A program made the translations under genes and the position numbers. Below the pieces are notes generated by a model, which was given only the letters and a program-made list of their open reading frames with translations, did no database searches and was not told the origin of the DNA. From NCBI GenBank assembly GCA_964187785.1, contig OZ076409.1, positions 21,702,001 to 21,766,000 on the forward strand: a stretch of 64,000 nt of DNA, written 5' to 3'. Source of the DNA: Amphiscolops sp. MND2022 (lineage: Eukaryota). Below are positions 38,201-50,413 of the stretch, one piece after another; position 1 is the stretch's first letter, and every line of letters starts with the position of its first letter.

Positions 38201-41200
38201 TCAGTTTTTTAATGTCAATCATTTCGAGTGAAGTTTTGTAGCGTAATCACATCTTCAACTAATGGTGCCTCGAACCACCGGAAATGATCTAGAAGTCTTG
38301 ACCAGTCACTTTTCATTTCATTATCACGTTCAATGTGTCAAAGTTCTTTCACCGGTAAGAAAACATGCTATTCTGAATGATTGACAACAGCGTTAAAAAA
38401 GTTGCTTCAAAACAATTGTTGACAATTATTTGAAACATTGAGAGCTCGAAAATTTCTTTTTTGGTTCACCTAGTTTTCGACTTTTCAAAGTTCAACAAAG
38501 GGCCTTGTTTCGACTTTTCACATCACTACAGATATCAGAAGTCAATATACACGAATTGTATTACATGTCAGTCATGTGACAGACCAAAACACATTCAGGC
38601 TCCAAAGGTTTATTAGTTGTGAAATTGAACTAGGTTCGTACGAAATGCCACAATGACTGATTGACAAACCTGATCTTGAATGTCTTTTGAAGTTGTTGTT
38701 TTTGGAGCTAAATGAAATTTAGGGTAACCCAACAGATGAACAATCTACCGTTTCGACATTCTTATCTAAATAAAAGCACACACTCCCCTTACATGTCTTC
38801 GGACTAGGGTTACTTGCTTATTTATACGCGTAAACATTCATCAGCAACGAGTCAAAACCTGAAAATTCATTTTGCCGCTGGTTTGTCATTAAGAACAACA
38901 CATCAGTTCGAAGAAAACTTTTCGTTACGAGGTTTGCTAACATTTATTTTGCTAACACGCAGTCTAGTTCTCTGATTTTTGAAGACTGGCAACCCGAGAC
39001 TGCAATTTTCGAGAAAAATCTTACATGTACTGTTTCACGTGGTTCACCATGGCATGTCGAGTTTGAGCTGTCGAACTTCAATTAATCAAAATAACTGTTT
39101 CCATGAGACGGGAAAATTTTCTCTGCAAACAAGCGAGATCAAAATTTGAGGATCAACCGGCCTGTATGGTTGACAAGCGTAAATGGATTCCACTGCAGTT
39201 CAGAAAAATGTTGATTGCAAAATAATCCGGAAATTTGGAATTCAAAAAAACCTGGTAGAAAGGAATTTTTGGGTTGAGCGAAGAACCTTCTATGAAATAA
39301 GAGCGTGATGACAAAATCCATGATAGTATCAAGGTTCCTACCTCAATTTTCGAGATTTCACGGTACGAATCGTACCGTACGATCGTATCATATCTTAGGG
39401 TCAAAGATAACAGGTTACGTCTCATCTACGCGTACTGATGATTTTGCAAAACAGCAAACGTAGAGAAAATTTGACTAAAAAGCCAAGTGTAAGAATAAAA
39501 GCATAAAATTAGGAAACGCTATAAATGCTGCAGCAATGAATAGCACCAGGATGGTTCGCATTGTAATTTCTTCGATACATAATACTCCGGTTACGTAATC
39601 ATTATCAATAGTGAGCGGAACAGAAACTGGAATAGTTGCAAAATCGATCAATTTCACAGTCCTCCAACTGCGTGAAAGTCCAATTGCACAGTAGCCTATA
39701 GGCATACAGCACGCGTCCCCCCCCCCAATAAACACCATATTGTAACATAGAGGCGAAACCGTGCTTCGCAAACACTTGCTAAGAAAGTTGCGAGCTTTAG
39801 AAGAGAAAACCAAAAAAGCAATTGTCCGACTCCTTAACCCTTGGTTCTCCCTATGATATTTTCCTTTTAATTGATAAGTTTAAAGAAACCGGAAACGGCC
39901 GAAGTCGGCGCCCCGCCCAAGGTTCAAAAGAGTAAGTTTAGTAAATATGCAAGGGCCACTTTTGTCAAAAGTTTATTAAATTAACAGTGCCGAAAAATAT
40001 CAGAAGGGATACGCAAAAGCCTCGAACACAAATTTTCCCTAACATCAAAAAGCAAAATTTTTTTCTTCGGGCAAGTGTCTCATAGTGCCGAAAAAGAAGC
40101 TTTACACTCACCAAACGCTATTTTAAGGTCGAATTTATCAAAGTGAAGGGGATACCCTTTGACCAAGTGAAAATTGTATTGAAAAAAAGTCAGTGTCGAA
40201 AAAAATCATACCTTTCTCACAATCATTGAGGAAACTCATCAGTTCCACAAAATTTTGAAAAAAAATGAAAAAAGACTCACTGCGCCGAAAAACAAAAAGA
40301 GGGGACCCTTTGGGTTTTTCATCATCCAGTTGGGCGCAAAAAAAATCAAAATAAACAGAGGTTATTTTGGCGACATTAAAAAACGGGAAAAAATGTGGCG
40401 ATATGAAAAAAAATTTCGGGAAGACAAAAGCTAATATAGACTGCTTGGAAGCAGCACGGCTTGTAAAAAATTAACGCACACCCCCCCCCCCCTGTTCGAA
40501 CACTAAACCTCTGGGTTGAAAAGCAAACATCTTACCACTAAACCATGAACGCCCGAACTGTGAGACTTGCCGGCTGAAACGAGTTGTTGCGCGGAAAAAA
40601 GCACCCACACTTTCCCATAACACTTGCTTATCGCAAGTGTAACCAGTTTAGCTGAGTTGAACCAAGCGATGGTTGTTGGTCCACGATTCATGGAGTGAAA
40701 CGCAACTAACTAGTGGCTTTTTATCAATGCACACGAACTGACCAAAATAGTTCTTACAAGTGCTACGAAATTTTATGGTGTCAAATTGAACCATTTGGTC
40801 TAGCGAACTGAACCAAAAAGGTTTTTCCGTTTTTTTTTCGCGTAACATACAATAGCGGGCGAGACTAAAGGGTCCCTCCAGTTTTTCTTCGGCATTGTGG
40901 GACTTTTTTTCGAAAATATTTTAATGACTTCGAAGGGTCACCGCTTCAATTTTGTTGGTTTTGCGACAGAATTGTTGACACAGAGGCGAAGCGGTGCTTC
41001 GCAACACATGACGAAGACATTATTTTAATATGCGTATATATATTATTTTAATCGCATGCGTATATATTCAACAGTTCAACTTTGTTCAATAACGTCCCTA
41101 TGGCACAGTGGTCAACGCTTATGCCGTGCAATCGGGAGGCTGCAGGTTCGAATCTCTCTGGGGTTTTGGCTTTTGTCTAAAAGGCGCTCATTATGAAGTT

Positions 41201-44200
41201 GGCTATTGTGGAAAAAAACTTACTTAGCTGGACTGCAATGCACATTGACTTCGTCATGTGCAAAAAATCCCAGAAGCTCCCCCCTTTTAGCGCGCCAATT
41301 AGGTCAACTTTTGGGTTTTTCGGGTACTGTAAAAGAGAATACTTGACACTTTGAAGTCCTTTTGCTATTTTTGAGCCCTAGATATGGCGCCGACTTATGC
41401 CGTTCCCGGCTTTTTATTCAACCTCTAATCTGATTAATCAAAACATTTTACCAGCAGTGATGAAACCGAGAACTGGAGGCAATTTGATCAGAGAGGCCAA
41501 CGAGGAGAGAAGAAAAGAGAGGACGATGATGATGAGGATGTCTACGATGAGCCTCCGGTCCTCGAACGACATGGTGGCATCTTCTGGCTTGGACAACACA
41601 TACTTATTGTTTCTAGTGTCCACCAGAATTTCTGCTGGTCGCTGCTTCCCGTCTAGCCTTTCTTCATTGCGCACCTGATAGCAAAGATGAAAGCTAAACT
41701 CGAAGTCTCATGGAGCAGCTTATATGCACAAGGCTGAACTATGATCGGCGTACTTTGTTTACAGCTGTAACATCAGATTGGCCCTTGTTTATAGCCAAAA
41801 ATAACCTATCCCGATGCATTACAGATGTTGAAGAAAACTAGTTACTCAGAAGTTTTTAGAGATCAATGAATGAAGTGGCTTGTGTACTACATTACAGAAC
41901 TTGACCTTTAACCGTAAACGACCCGGGCGTTTTTGCAATTTTTCAAAAAATTTGATTAAAAAAATTAAATCATGAATATCTCCACAACTACGGGTACCAG
42001 AGAAACGAACTATAACGCGTTTGAAAGGTCTGGTATTGGGCTTTCATTTTGGTCAGGTGAGCCCCTGTCGCCGCGCTCCCCCTCCTTCAGAATTTCAGGC
42101 TCTTTTTCCGGTACCGCCGCTAAGCGGCAGTTCCGCACTTCGTGCGGCCCGCTGCGCGGGGGCTTGTAGTAACAACAGAATATTATTGGGATTTGTTAGG
42201 TAAGTACTTGATGTGCAAGTATATGGGGTTGGTTTTTGCTATGGGACAAGATTTTTTGAGGAAACTGGATTTCGCCAAAAAGTGAAAGTTAGAAAAAATC
42301 ACAATTTTTCGTGCAAAAAAAACTCATTTTTCTCAGTTTTGAAGATATATTCACTTTTCCTAATGCTTGTGCCATTCAAACCAATCTAGGTACCAAGAAA
42401 TTGTTGGAAAAAAACTGTGCTAGAGAATATGGGCTACTGGCAAAACGGATTAGAAATTGAAAAAATAGGTATGTGACTTTAAAGTACCGGTGGGTCGTTT
42501 AGGGTTAACAAAGCTTTCAGATAATCAGATAAGAATGAAAAAACATATTGTATTTTTTCCTATGAACTCTCGATTATAAAAGATTTGACTAATTATGACT
42601 AAATGAGAGAGAGAGAGAGAAAACACTGTATTATTGTATAGGGATAGCTGGTGCCAGTATACAATAAGTGTAGATTGATTTATGCTGAAGCATAAATGAT
42701 TTTTTCAAGTTTTACAGGGCGATAAATCAGGTGAAGCGGAAATCACGCCAAGTATGAGATGTATGGATAGGCATACGACTACTTTCCAAAGTTAGATGCC
42801 TTCTGAGACGACTTTTGAATGTGTGTAGACTTATACTAGTGTCTCTTAAGTACAACGGTAGTGAGTTCCACTTTGAAGAAGAATGATGAAAGAAAGAAAA
42901 AAGAGATACATGACTTCCCACGTAAATTATCTGATTAGTGCGATCGTTCCACCTGAAAATCGCCGTAGGTAACTTTAAAGAGCTCTGGAAGGCTTTTTTA
43001 GTATTTTTGAGATATTGGAACAGAAATACAAGAGATTTCAAATCGATAAGTTGCTTTATTCCAATTATTTTCTTTTTTTCTCTCAGATCACTCGACGATT
43101 TAGAGCTCGAACGGAAGGAGACAGATTTTAATGCCCAGTTCATCTGTTTCTCAAGGGAAAGTAGCAAAGGAGGGGATATTTGAGTGAAAAAAATCGCAGA
43201 GTATTCGAAATGACTGATTATTAGCGCGTGGAAAAGCATGACTAAGACTGTGGTCGGAAATTTGTGTTGTATAGATTCAATAGTTTTTATTCCAACTGCC
43301 ATGTTTTTCAGAACCTTTTTTACTTGGGTTTGGAAAGTCAAGTGTTGATCTAACGTTATTCCAAGATATTTACATTCACATTTCTTTTTGACAACTGAGG
43401 AGCACACGACAACTGTTTCGGAGTCTAGCTGTCTCTTGTCTTTTTTTCGGGAAAAAGTTATGAATTCTGTTTTACTACCATTCAAATTTAGTCGATGGGA
43501 CTTAAAGTAACTTTCAAGTTTCAAAATATTTGTTTGCAAACATTGCAAAGCAATGTCAGGGTCCTGGTGACTACAAAAAAGCAAGCAATCATCGGCGTAC
43601 TGGATAATGCGAGCATCCTCCGTTATCTGTCCAGTCAGGTCATTGACATATAGGTTAAAGAGCAGTGGTCCTAAAATAGTGCCCTGGGGAACGCCTTGTT
43701 TCAGTTCTATCCAATCCGATTTGACACCGTTCAATGATACCTGCTGCAGTCTATCACTGAGGAAACTTTTTATAAAGTTGATGGCCGAAAATGAGAAACC
43801 AAGAGACTTGAGTTTAGACAAAAGGATTTCATGTGAAAGTGAGTCAAAGGCTTTTGATAAATCCAGCAAGACTGCATGAACTATCTTTCCATCCTGAATT
43901 TCCTCTCTCTCTCTCTCTCTCAGCATTGTTGCATAATCTATTCTCAATATCCATTCCAATATCTATTTTTTGGAAATAATTATCATAAAAATTAACAATT
44001 TTCTGTTTTTTTTGTGATGACCTAAAATTTTTTGAGCATGTTTCGATTGTTGTTGAAACTTTCAGCGGGATTGGAGTAAGACTGGGTGTACGTATAAGAG
44101 GGCTCTTCGCTGTAGTTTTCCATGGGATTAATTGGTTGACTGAAATCAACCAGGTGTTCTTTCTGTCGACCCGCATCTTGGTCCAGCCCCACGTAAGTTT

Positions 44201-45193
44201 CAGGTACTTCTCGGTAGTTGTTGCCATGTTCAAAGTTGCTGCCGTATTCTGGTACCCCTGCAAGGATATTGAGAATAGATTATGCAACAATGCTGAGAGA
44301 GAGAGAGAAAATGTCTTGGTTTTAAGGGTTAGTTAGGGGTTTTTAGTGAAAAACAAAGTAATCAAGTCATAAAACTTGTTCTGTGTCATCAAGCGATTGC
44401 ATACATTGTAACTTTACTGTGGTTTCAATCTTGAATGCTTATTGCGACTATCAGTAAAGTGAACAATTGAAGCATTCACCTGATAAACAGCTTCTATTTC
44501 TCCAATTGCCTCCTCTTTTTGCACTCCATTGACCCAGGCATCACCATGCAAGATTGAATTCTGTTCGATGCCTATATCGGAAGCGACTGATCGCAACTCT
44601 GACAACATTTCGGCGAACATTTTCTTCATCACTGATTTGGTTTTGTTTGCATTTTCGGCCCCTCTGGAGGCTTCTTCATTCGCCCAAAAATCTTCTTCCA
44701 GTTTGGAAACCTCTCGAAGTTCTACCTCTTCTCTGCGTATTGCATGCTGCAGTGCTTTAATGCGGCCAACACTTTCCTCCTTAAGCTGTTCAATGTCATT
44801 GATATCGCCTTTCAAAACAGTCATGAATGAGTTCAACGCTGAATAAATGAATTGCTCCGTCTGGTTTATTTCTCGCATCACCAACGAATACAATCTTATT
44901 TTCAAGTCGATGCTCCAACGTTCATCTTTGCTTTCCATTTTTTCCTTCGCAGTGAGGTCTGCTACCAATTTATTCAACTGCTTCGAAATTCGATCACGTC
45001 TGTTTAAAAGGTCGTTGACATTTGGACACCCTTTCGAGAACCATTTTATTTTTGAGGGAGGCTTGTCTATGAGTTTTTCACGCTTGAAAGTTTTGCGACT
45101 CTGCACTGACTGACATTGCACGATTAGGAGGAATAAGACAATTGCACAAAATACAGCGACACCTCTTGAAGGACACATAGAGTTGTGAATCAT
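35254..45193 (-). CDS. TMCO3: Transmembrane and coiled-coil domain protein 3 (CPA2/Kef-like cation/H+ antiporter), ~670 aa; exons 45193-44480, 41674-41452, 37439-37227, 36346-35924, 35693-35254
   Basis: Signal peptide + long coiled coil, then LVDTRNNKYVLSKP, GPSGVNII...QIETLGEIGVFF...VGLEF, QDVYLG, FYATIGFHLFPTFV, NVGELSLIVGSRA. All junctions are GT-AG with phases 0,1,1,1; total 2013 nt. Confidence 0.9.
38129..38474. mobile_element. MITE with 18-bp perfect IR
   Basis: ACTAGGTGAACCAAAAAA (38129-38146) / TTTTTTGGTTCACCTAGT (38457-38474). Confidence 0.55.
39745..40640 (-). mobile_element. Helentron-type element, family D (end related to family B), with tRNA-like segment at 40494-40553 and a nested family-A-like fragment (39885-~40420)
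   Basis: ACATAGAGGCGAAACCGTGCTTCGC hairpin end like family B; IR ACACTTGC / GCAAGTGT with terminal palindrome ACACTTGC-TTATC-GCAAGTGT; minus-strand A box TGGTTTAGTGG and B box GTTCGAAC. Confidence 0.6.
40673..41413 (+). mobile_element. Family A Helentron-type element containing a family B insertion
   Basis: Reverse-complement homolog of 22209-22910; ends GGCGCCGACTTATGCCGTTCCCGGC. Confidence 0.75.
40978..41261 (-). mobile_element. Family B Helentron-type element (second copy) with tRNA-like A/B boxes
   Basis: Near-identical to 2218-2505; perfect 12-bp IR CACATGACGAAG / CTTCGTCATGTG. Confidence 0.8.
41912..42504. mobile_element. piggyBac-like non-autonomous element
   Basis: TTAA on both sides (41908-41911, 42505-42508); IR CCGTAAACGACCC / GGGTCGTTTAGGG. 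Confidence 0.7.
42606..43902 (-). mobile_element. 5'-truncated CR1/L2-group LINE with uninterrupted RT C-terminal ORF, (CT)n tail
   Basis: LDLSKAFDSL, GVPQGTILGPLLF, QYADD, KYLGITLD; no stops to 42727, suggesting a young insertion. Confidence 0.9.
43908..44308. repeat. 45-bp perfect inverted repeat (43908-43952 / 44264-44308) enclosing an exon-like segment
   Basis: (CT)nCAGCATTGTTGCATAATCTATTCTCAATATCC and its exact reverse complement. Confidence 0.85.
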
Positions 45194-45292
45194 GAAACCT
45201 GAAATATCGACAGTTTCGATGATTCACACAGAACACTAGTTTGTATAGAAACAAAAGTCAGAGATACATCAACGTATTTGCTGCCCAAAAAA

Positions 45293-45298
45293 TTTATT
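45293..45298 (-). terminator. Candidate polyadenylation signal AATAAA of EIF2S1
   Basis: Canonical hexamer ~170 nt after the stop codon, followed by U-rich sequence. Confidence 0.6.
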
Positions 45299-45468
45299 GC
45301 TGCCCCCAATTCATTCAAGCAAGCAAAGAAAACAATATTTAGACTTATGCTATAAATTTCAAAAAGATAGTTATGTTATGATGAGATTGCAAATTGAAGA
45401 CGACAACGACCAGCACTTGAAGAATGGCTTGGAGTACAACGCAGAGCGGGAAGCATGGGCGGAGAAAG

Positions 45469-47362
45469 CTAGTCCTCTTCGTCCTCATCGGCATCTCCGT
45501 CATCGCCCTTGCCATTAGCCACTCTGTTCCCTCCGCCAGTGGTAGAGTCACTTTCGTCGCCACTTTGGTCGTCGTCACCGGCCACTTCTTGGTTCATTTG
45601 TTCCAGTCTCTCCAACTGCTTCGCAAACTCCACGTCATCTGATTTGTTGACCACTTTGGGCTAAAATACGTCGATTTATTTTCATCGCAACCTAAATTGA
45701 TATTAGCCAAAATATGACGCTAATGCTACTGACTGAAGCGGAAGACGTTTGTGGATATGCAAATTCAGGTTTGATAAATTTACAGGAATGCTTTGGGATG
45801 AAATATCTAAATAGAACTGTGGGAAAAATACATGTGAAACTGGACAAGTGTTGAAGCCGAAAGCATTTCTCAACCCATTGAATAGGCAAATGTGTTATTC
45901 TCAATACCTCCATAACAACTTTGAAAAATCCCCCAGCATCTGTGATGCTTTCTTCGATCTCTCCGATAGCTTTGTTCACAGCCGCTAGTCCGTCGGTATG
46001 ATCTAAAGTTGTGACTGTTACAACGTATTGAGGGGGCGCTATTAAATTCACCTGAAACGTTCACTTGCAAGTATATCATTCATTAATCTTTCACAAACCC
46101 AAAGTATTGCAAATCATTGAAACTTACAGATATTTGCATGTCTTCAGTGGAACAAGCAATTCCTTTTTTAAGCGACCTTTTGATAGCATCTATTCCTTCA
46201 AAGTTGAAACAGGAAACTTCGATATCTGAAACGATAGATGTTCAACAAGCACAAAGAGTGACTCGGGGAATTCGATTTAAAAATTGTGATTTCAAACCGG
46301 CTCTAATTTTAACTGGATTGGGAGCGAGTCTCCTTTGAATCTCTTCAGCTAGCATTTCTCTGACATGATTTTCTAACGGGCATTCATCCAAAACAGACGG
46401 ATCAGCAACTGCCTTTTTGAACCATTCATAAGATGCGTTGTCTTGTTTGTATTTCTCGTCAAAATACCACGCAGAGTTCTGGTACAGGTCTTCCAAGTCA
46501 CTGTCTTCCTTATAATTTAATTTTTGGGCCACATTTCTGAGGATGAGGTTGATTTTATTGCCCTTAGCAAATTTGCTGTTGCAGAAATCTCTATCCTCTG
46601 GGCTCGCTCTTCTCTTAGAGCAGTCGATATATCCTAAAAGCAAAAGTCCAGATTAAAAATCGGCAACTGTTACCTTTGGAATAGATTTGAAGAAAATTTT
46701 CAACCTTTAACGGTATCAACTCTGACAACAACGACGGCTTCGTTCCTTCCCACTCGGATAAGTTTGGTGATAGATCTGATTCGTCTTCTCGAAAGTTCTC
46801 CCATCAGAATCATTCCTATAAAAATGCAACGTTCATGGTAAGAAACAGTATACACCAGAATGGGGGTATCAGGGTTATTAGGATACACAAATCTCAAACA
46901 GGTTCAATGAACCGAAATTGGCTTCTGACTGGAAAAGAGAACAATTGTGCTATCTAGATATTCAAATGAAAAACTCAATTTAGCAGCAAGTTTCTCTTTA
47001 TAATCCAATCTTCAAGAAGTGCAGTAAACGCGAGAAAAATTGAATCGTTTATTGAGAAGACGTTTCATTCTTAGAAATAAGTTTCGAACTTGACTGAAGA
47101 ACAAAGATACAAAGATTTTTTCGTTTCATACGACTGCGCAAAAATGGCTAGCTGAATACACTTTCAAATATACACATAATTATCAACTTCAAAATAAGGG
47201 ATCGATTCACAAACCTTCGATGTTATTGTATTCAAGAAGTCTCACATACGCTCCCATGTCTTCTATTACTTTGATTTGCACCATAACAAGTTCTTCAGCG
47301 GCAGGATACTTTGCCCGGTAGAAGCGACAGTTCAAATTAGCGGTACTCACAGTTCCAGCCAT
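45469..47362 (-). CDS. EIF2S1: Eukaryotic translation initiation factor 2 subunit alpha, ~342 aa; exons 47362-47215, 46815-46705, 46633-46298, 46225-46128, 46051-45908, 45660-45469
   Basis: CRFYRAKYP...[30 protein letters not shown]...KG|YID.SKRR...KIRA|DIEVSCF...NLIAPPQYV, acidic C-tail; all introns GT-AG and in phase. Confidence 0.96.
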
Positions 47363-47794
47363 TACTGAAAAAAATTACATGTATTACGGAAGTTTTCATT
47401 TATATGGAATATATGGTAACTTCGTCGAAGTTTCCAGGCAAAACTTGGATGAAAATACCCATATCAAGACACTTTCGAAAGTATCTGGGATCCAAAATGC
47501 TTCGAGGAGATTTATAAAGTTCCGTGTGAGAACTTGAAATCATCCATAGCATGTTTGCTCTCAAGACAGGCACAAGACTTGAAAGTAAAACTTGCCAGCA
47601 AAACAAAATGCCAGCAAAACTACAGAGAACATGCATCATCGAAATCAAATCGACTTTGAAATGCGACCAATCAGAAAGCTCGATGAACAATTTTTCTGGT
47701 TTTTCAGATTTCAGATGTTTGGAATTACGACACACGAGGAAGTTTCCCCAATAGCAGCCCGTGTCGATTAATCTGCTTTGCTGTTAATAAAAGA

Positions 47795-48878
47795 GCCTGA
47801 CTATTACAGTCACTCGATTTTAGTCGGCGCCTTTTCCCTTAAGGAAAAAGGCCTGACTCTTACAGTGAGTAGTTTTTAGTCGGCGCCTTTTCCCTTAAGG
47901 AAAAAAGCCCGACTCTTACAGTGAGTAGTTTTTTTTTTGTTTTTTTCAGTTGACAATCTCACTCTGAGTGGTCCACTTTTCTTACAATTCTTACAATTTT
48001 CAAAATCTTACAATTATTACTTAGCAAAATTAAAATACTGGCGCAAAAGTAGTTTTTATATCATCTAAGGGTCCCCAAAGGGTATTTTCGGCAGTGCGAC
48101 TTTTTTTCGAAAAAATTTTTATTGTTCCAAAAGGGTCCCCCCTTCGAGTTTTTTCATATTTTGCAACTGAATGTATGTTAATACATCACAAAGGGTCCCC
48201 CCTTTTACATTTTTCGGCACTATGCGACTTTTTTTGAAAGAAATTTTTTTTTCAAAAATTCATGTTTTTTTCCAAAAAAATTTTTTGCGCTTTTTGAGCC
48301 TTAGATATGGCGCCGACTTTGGACGTTCTCGTCTTGTTTATTATTCTTTTTTCATTTTTTTCAGTTGACAATCTCACTCTGAGTGGTCCACTTTTCTTAC
48401 AATTTTCATAAATTTTTGAAAATCTCTTGATAATGGCGCAAAAGTTTGCAACGTCTTTTTACATCATCTGAAAAACTCCACAGTACCTAAGGGTACTCCC
48501 TTTGAGTCTTTTTCGGCTCTGTGAGACTTTTTTTTCGAAAAATTTTTCCCCAAAGGGTCCCCCCTTCAATTTTTTGGAGTTTTCCGACAGAACGGATGTT
48601 GAAAAATCCCAAAGAGTCCCAAGGGTCCCCCTTTCAGTTTTTTCGACATTGTGAGACATTTTCAAAAAATTTTTTCACCAAAAGTGCCCCTCCAATTTTT
48701 TTAAATGATTTGCGACAGAATGGATGAAAAATGTCAAAGTTTCCCCTCTGGTGCGCCAATTCGGTTTAACTTTTGGGTTTTTCCGGGACCGTAGAAGAGA
48801 ATACTTCGACACTTTGAAGTCCTTTTGCTGTTTTTGACCCTTAGATATGGCGCCGACTTGGGCCGTTCCCGGCTTGTT
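47795..48878 (+). mobile_element. Head-to-tail family A Helentron-type elements (3' ends at 48338 and 48878) with duplicated 5' palindrome
   Basis: 5' TTTAGTCGGCGCCTTTTCC-CTTAA-GGAAAAAG unit twice (~47818, ~47875); repeated CAGTTGACAATCTCACTCTGAGTGGTCCAC block (~47947, ~48362); two GGCGCCGAC...CTTGTT termini. Confidence 0.75.
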
Positions 48879-49225
48879 TTCTTTAAGACAGACTCGAAGA
48901 GACGAACGTTAACGTTCAACTAAAGAAACTAAACGAATACCCGGGAAACGCATATGTTATTCCAAAGGTTTTTCACTTTTTAAACGTAGCGTACAAAACT
49001 GGATAAATGTAAAGGGTCCCCCTTTTACTTTTTCAAGGAAACCTACAAAACCGGACGTGTCTAAAGGGTCCCCCTTTGGATTTTTTCGGCACTGTGCGAC
49101 TTTTTTTCTTAAATTTTTTATTGTCCCCAAAGGGTCCGTCTTAGAGTTTTTTTGATATCTTGCAGCAAGCGAAAGTGCCAAAAAGACCAAAGGGTCTCCA
49201 CTTCTAAGTATTTCGGCACAATGAG

Positions 49226-50413
49226 GTCTTACTCCCTTTGAGGTCTCTACTTAATGAATTTCTTGCTAGTTATCATATCTATGCCGATGACATAACGATT
49301 TACTTGGAATTTGATGGGTGAACGGAAATGGGTCGAATCGGCCTCCTGTGCCATGGGTCGAATCTTCACCATTTCGGAATTGGGTCGAATGGACTTGGGT
49401 CGAACTTGAAAAATGCCAAGTTCAAGGGAGACAACATATTGATTTCGACCCAAGTCCATTCGACCCAATTCGACCTCAGTCAATTCGACCTAAGCTATTC
49501 GACCAAAAGGGTCGACCTAATCCTTTTCGACCTATTTCATTCGACTCATTTCATGCAATCCGAATTTGATCTGGGGACAACCTTTGCCAATTTCCTGAAA
49601 CATAAAAAGATAATTGCCAGTGTTTTGAAACTATTAGCCGCCTTGAAATTAAAAGTAAACAGTTCGAAAACTCAATGTATGTTTGTTACGAATCAAAGAA
49701 CTCGCCTTCCCGAGACAATCACTATTGATGGGATCAGAATTGAGATCAAAGATAGTGTCAAAGTTTTAGGAGTTACTTTGGATAACAAGTTACGTTTCTC
49801 TTCTTTCGTCAACAGCACATGTGCGAAGTCCTACTATCACCTCAGAAGGATAACATCTATTCGAAAATATTTGTCTTTCGATCTCACAAAGTTATTGATT
49901 CTCACTTTCGTTATCAGTAGACTAGATTATTGTAACTCACTGTTATATGGTGCCCCGGACTACATGATTAAAAAATTGCAAAGAGTTCAGAATAGAGCAG
50001 CATGCCTCCTTTACCACCAGAGAAATTCCAATGTTATTTTACTTTTGAATGAACTTCATTGGCTTTCTGTTGAAAAAAGAATCAAGTACAAAATCTTTTG
50101 CTTCGTATACCGTCTTTATAATGACTTGCCTGTGCCTATTTACTTGTCGGTACCGTTTTTCAGGTATCAGTCACTTGATCAGTACGATCTGAGAAATTCC
50201 AGAGAACGAAAATGGACTGTCAGAGTTACCAACAATATCTATGGAAAACGATGCTTCTGGGTATCAGGCGCTGAATTGTGGAACTCACTACCATGTGATC
50301 TTGTATTGAGCCCTTCATATGACACTTTCCAAGCACGATTCAAGACATACCTATTCTGAACGCTTTGAGTGTTCAAAAAGCGTCATTTACAACTTCAACT
50401 TCATTTACAACTT
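49226..50413 (+). mobile_element. 5'-truncated L2-type LINE (RT from the YADD region to the stop at 50359)
   Basis: YHIYADD at ~49271-49291, VKVLGVTLD, SRLDYCNSLLYG, KLQRVQNRAA, LHWL; CTTCAA-type tail; flanking direct repeat CAATGAG (49219-49225, 50414-50420). Confidence 0.88.
49316..49561. mobile_element. Mutator-like MITE (GGTCGAA/TTCGACC fold-back) inserted in the L2 RT
   Basis: 9-bp TSD GAATTTGAT (49307-49315, 49562-49570); GG...CC termini with imperfect IR. Confidence 0.8.

Noticed and set aside
44529..45642. Plus-strand ORFs overlapping TMCO3 exon 1 and the EIF2S1 last exon
   Set aside because: Antisense shadows of real coding exons.
47400..47754. ORFs upstream of EIF2S1 as an additional operon member
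   Set aside because: No recognisable domain or consistent splice structure.
47795..47930. CRISPR-like palindromic direct repeats
   Set aside because: Only two copies, no unique spacers, eukaryotic context; they are duplicated 5' ends of family A.
49316..49561. GGTCGAA/TTCGACC repeats as a regulatory array or structured RNA
   Set aside because: Explained as subterminal repeats of a MITE with a 9-bp TSD.
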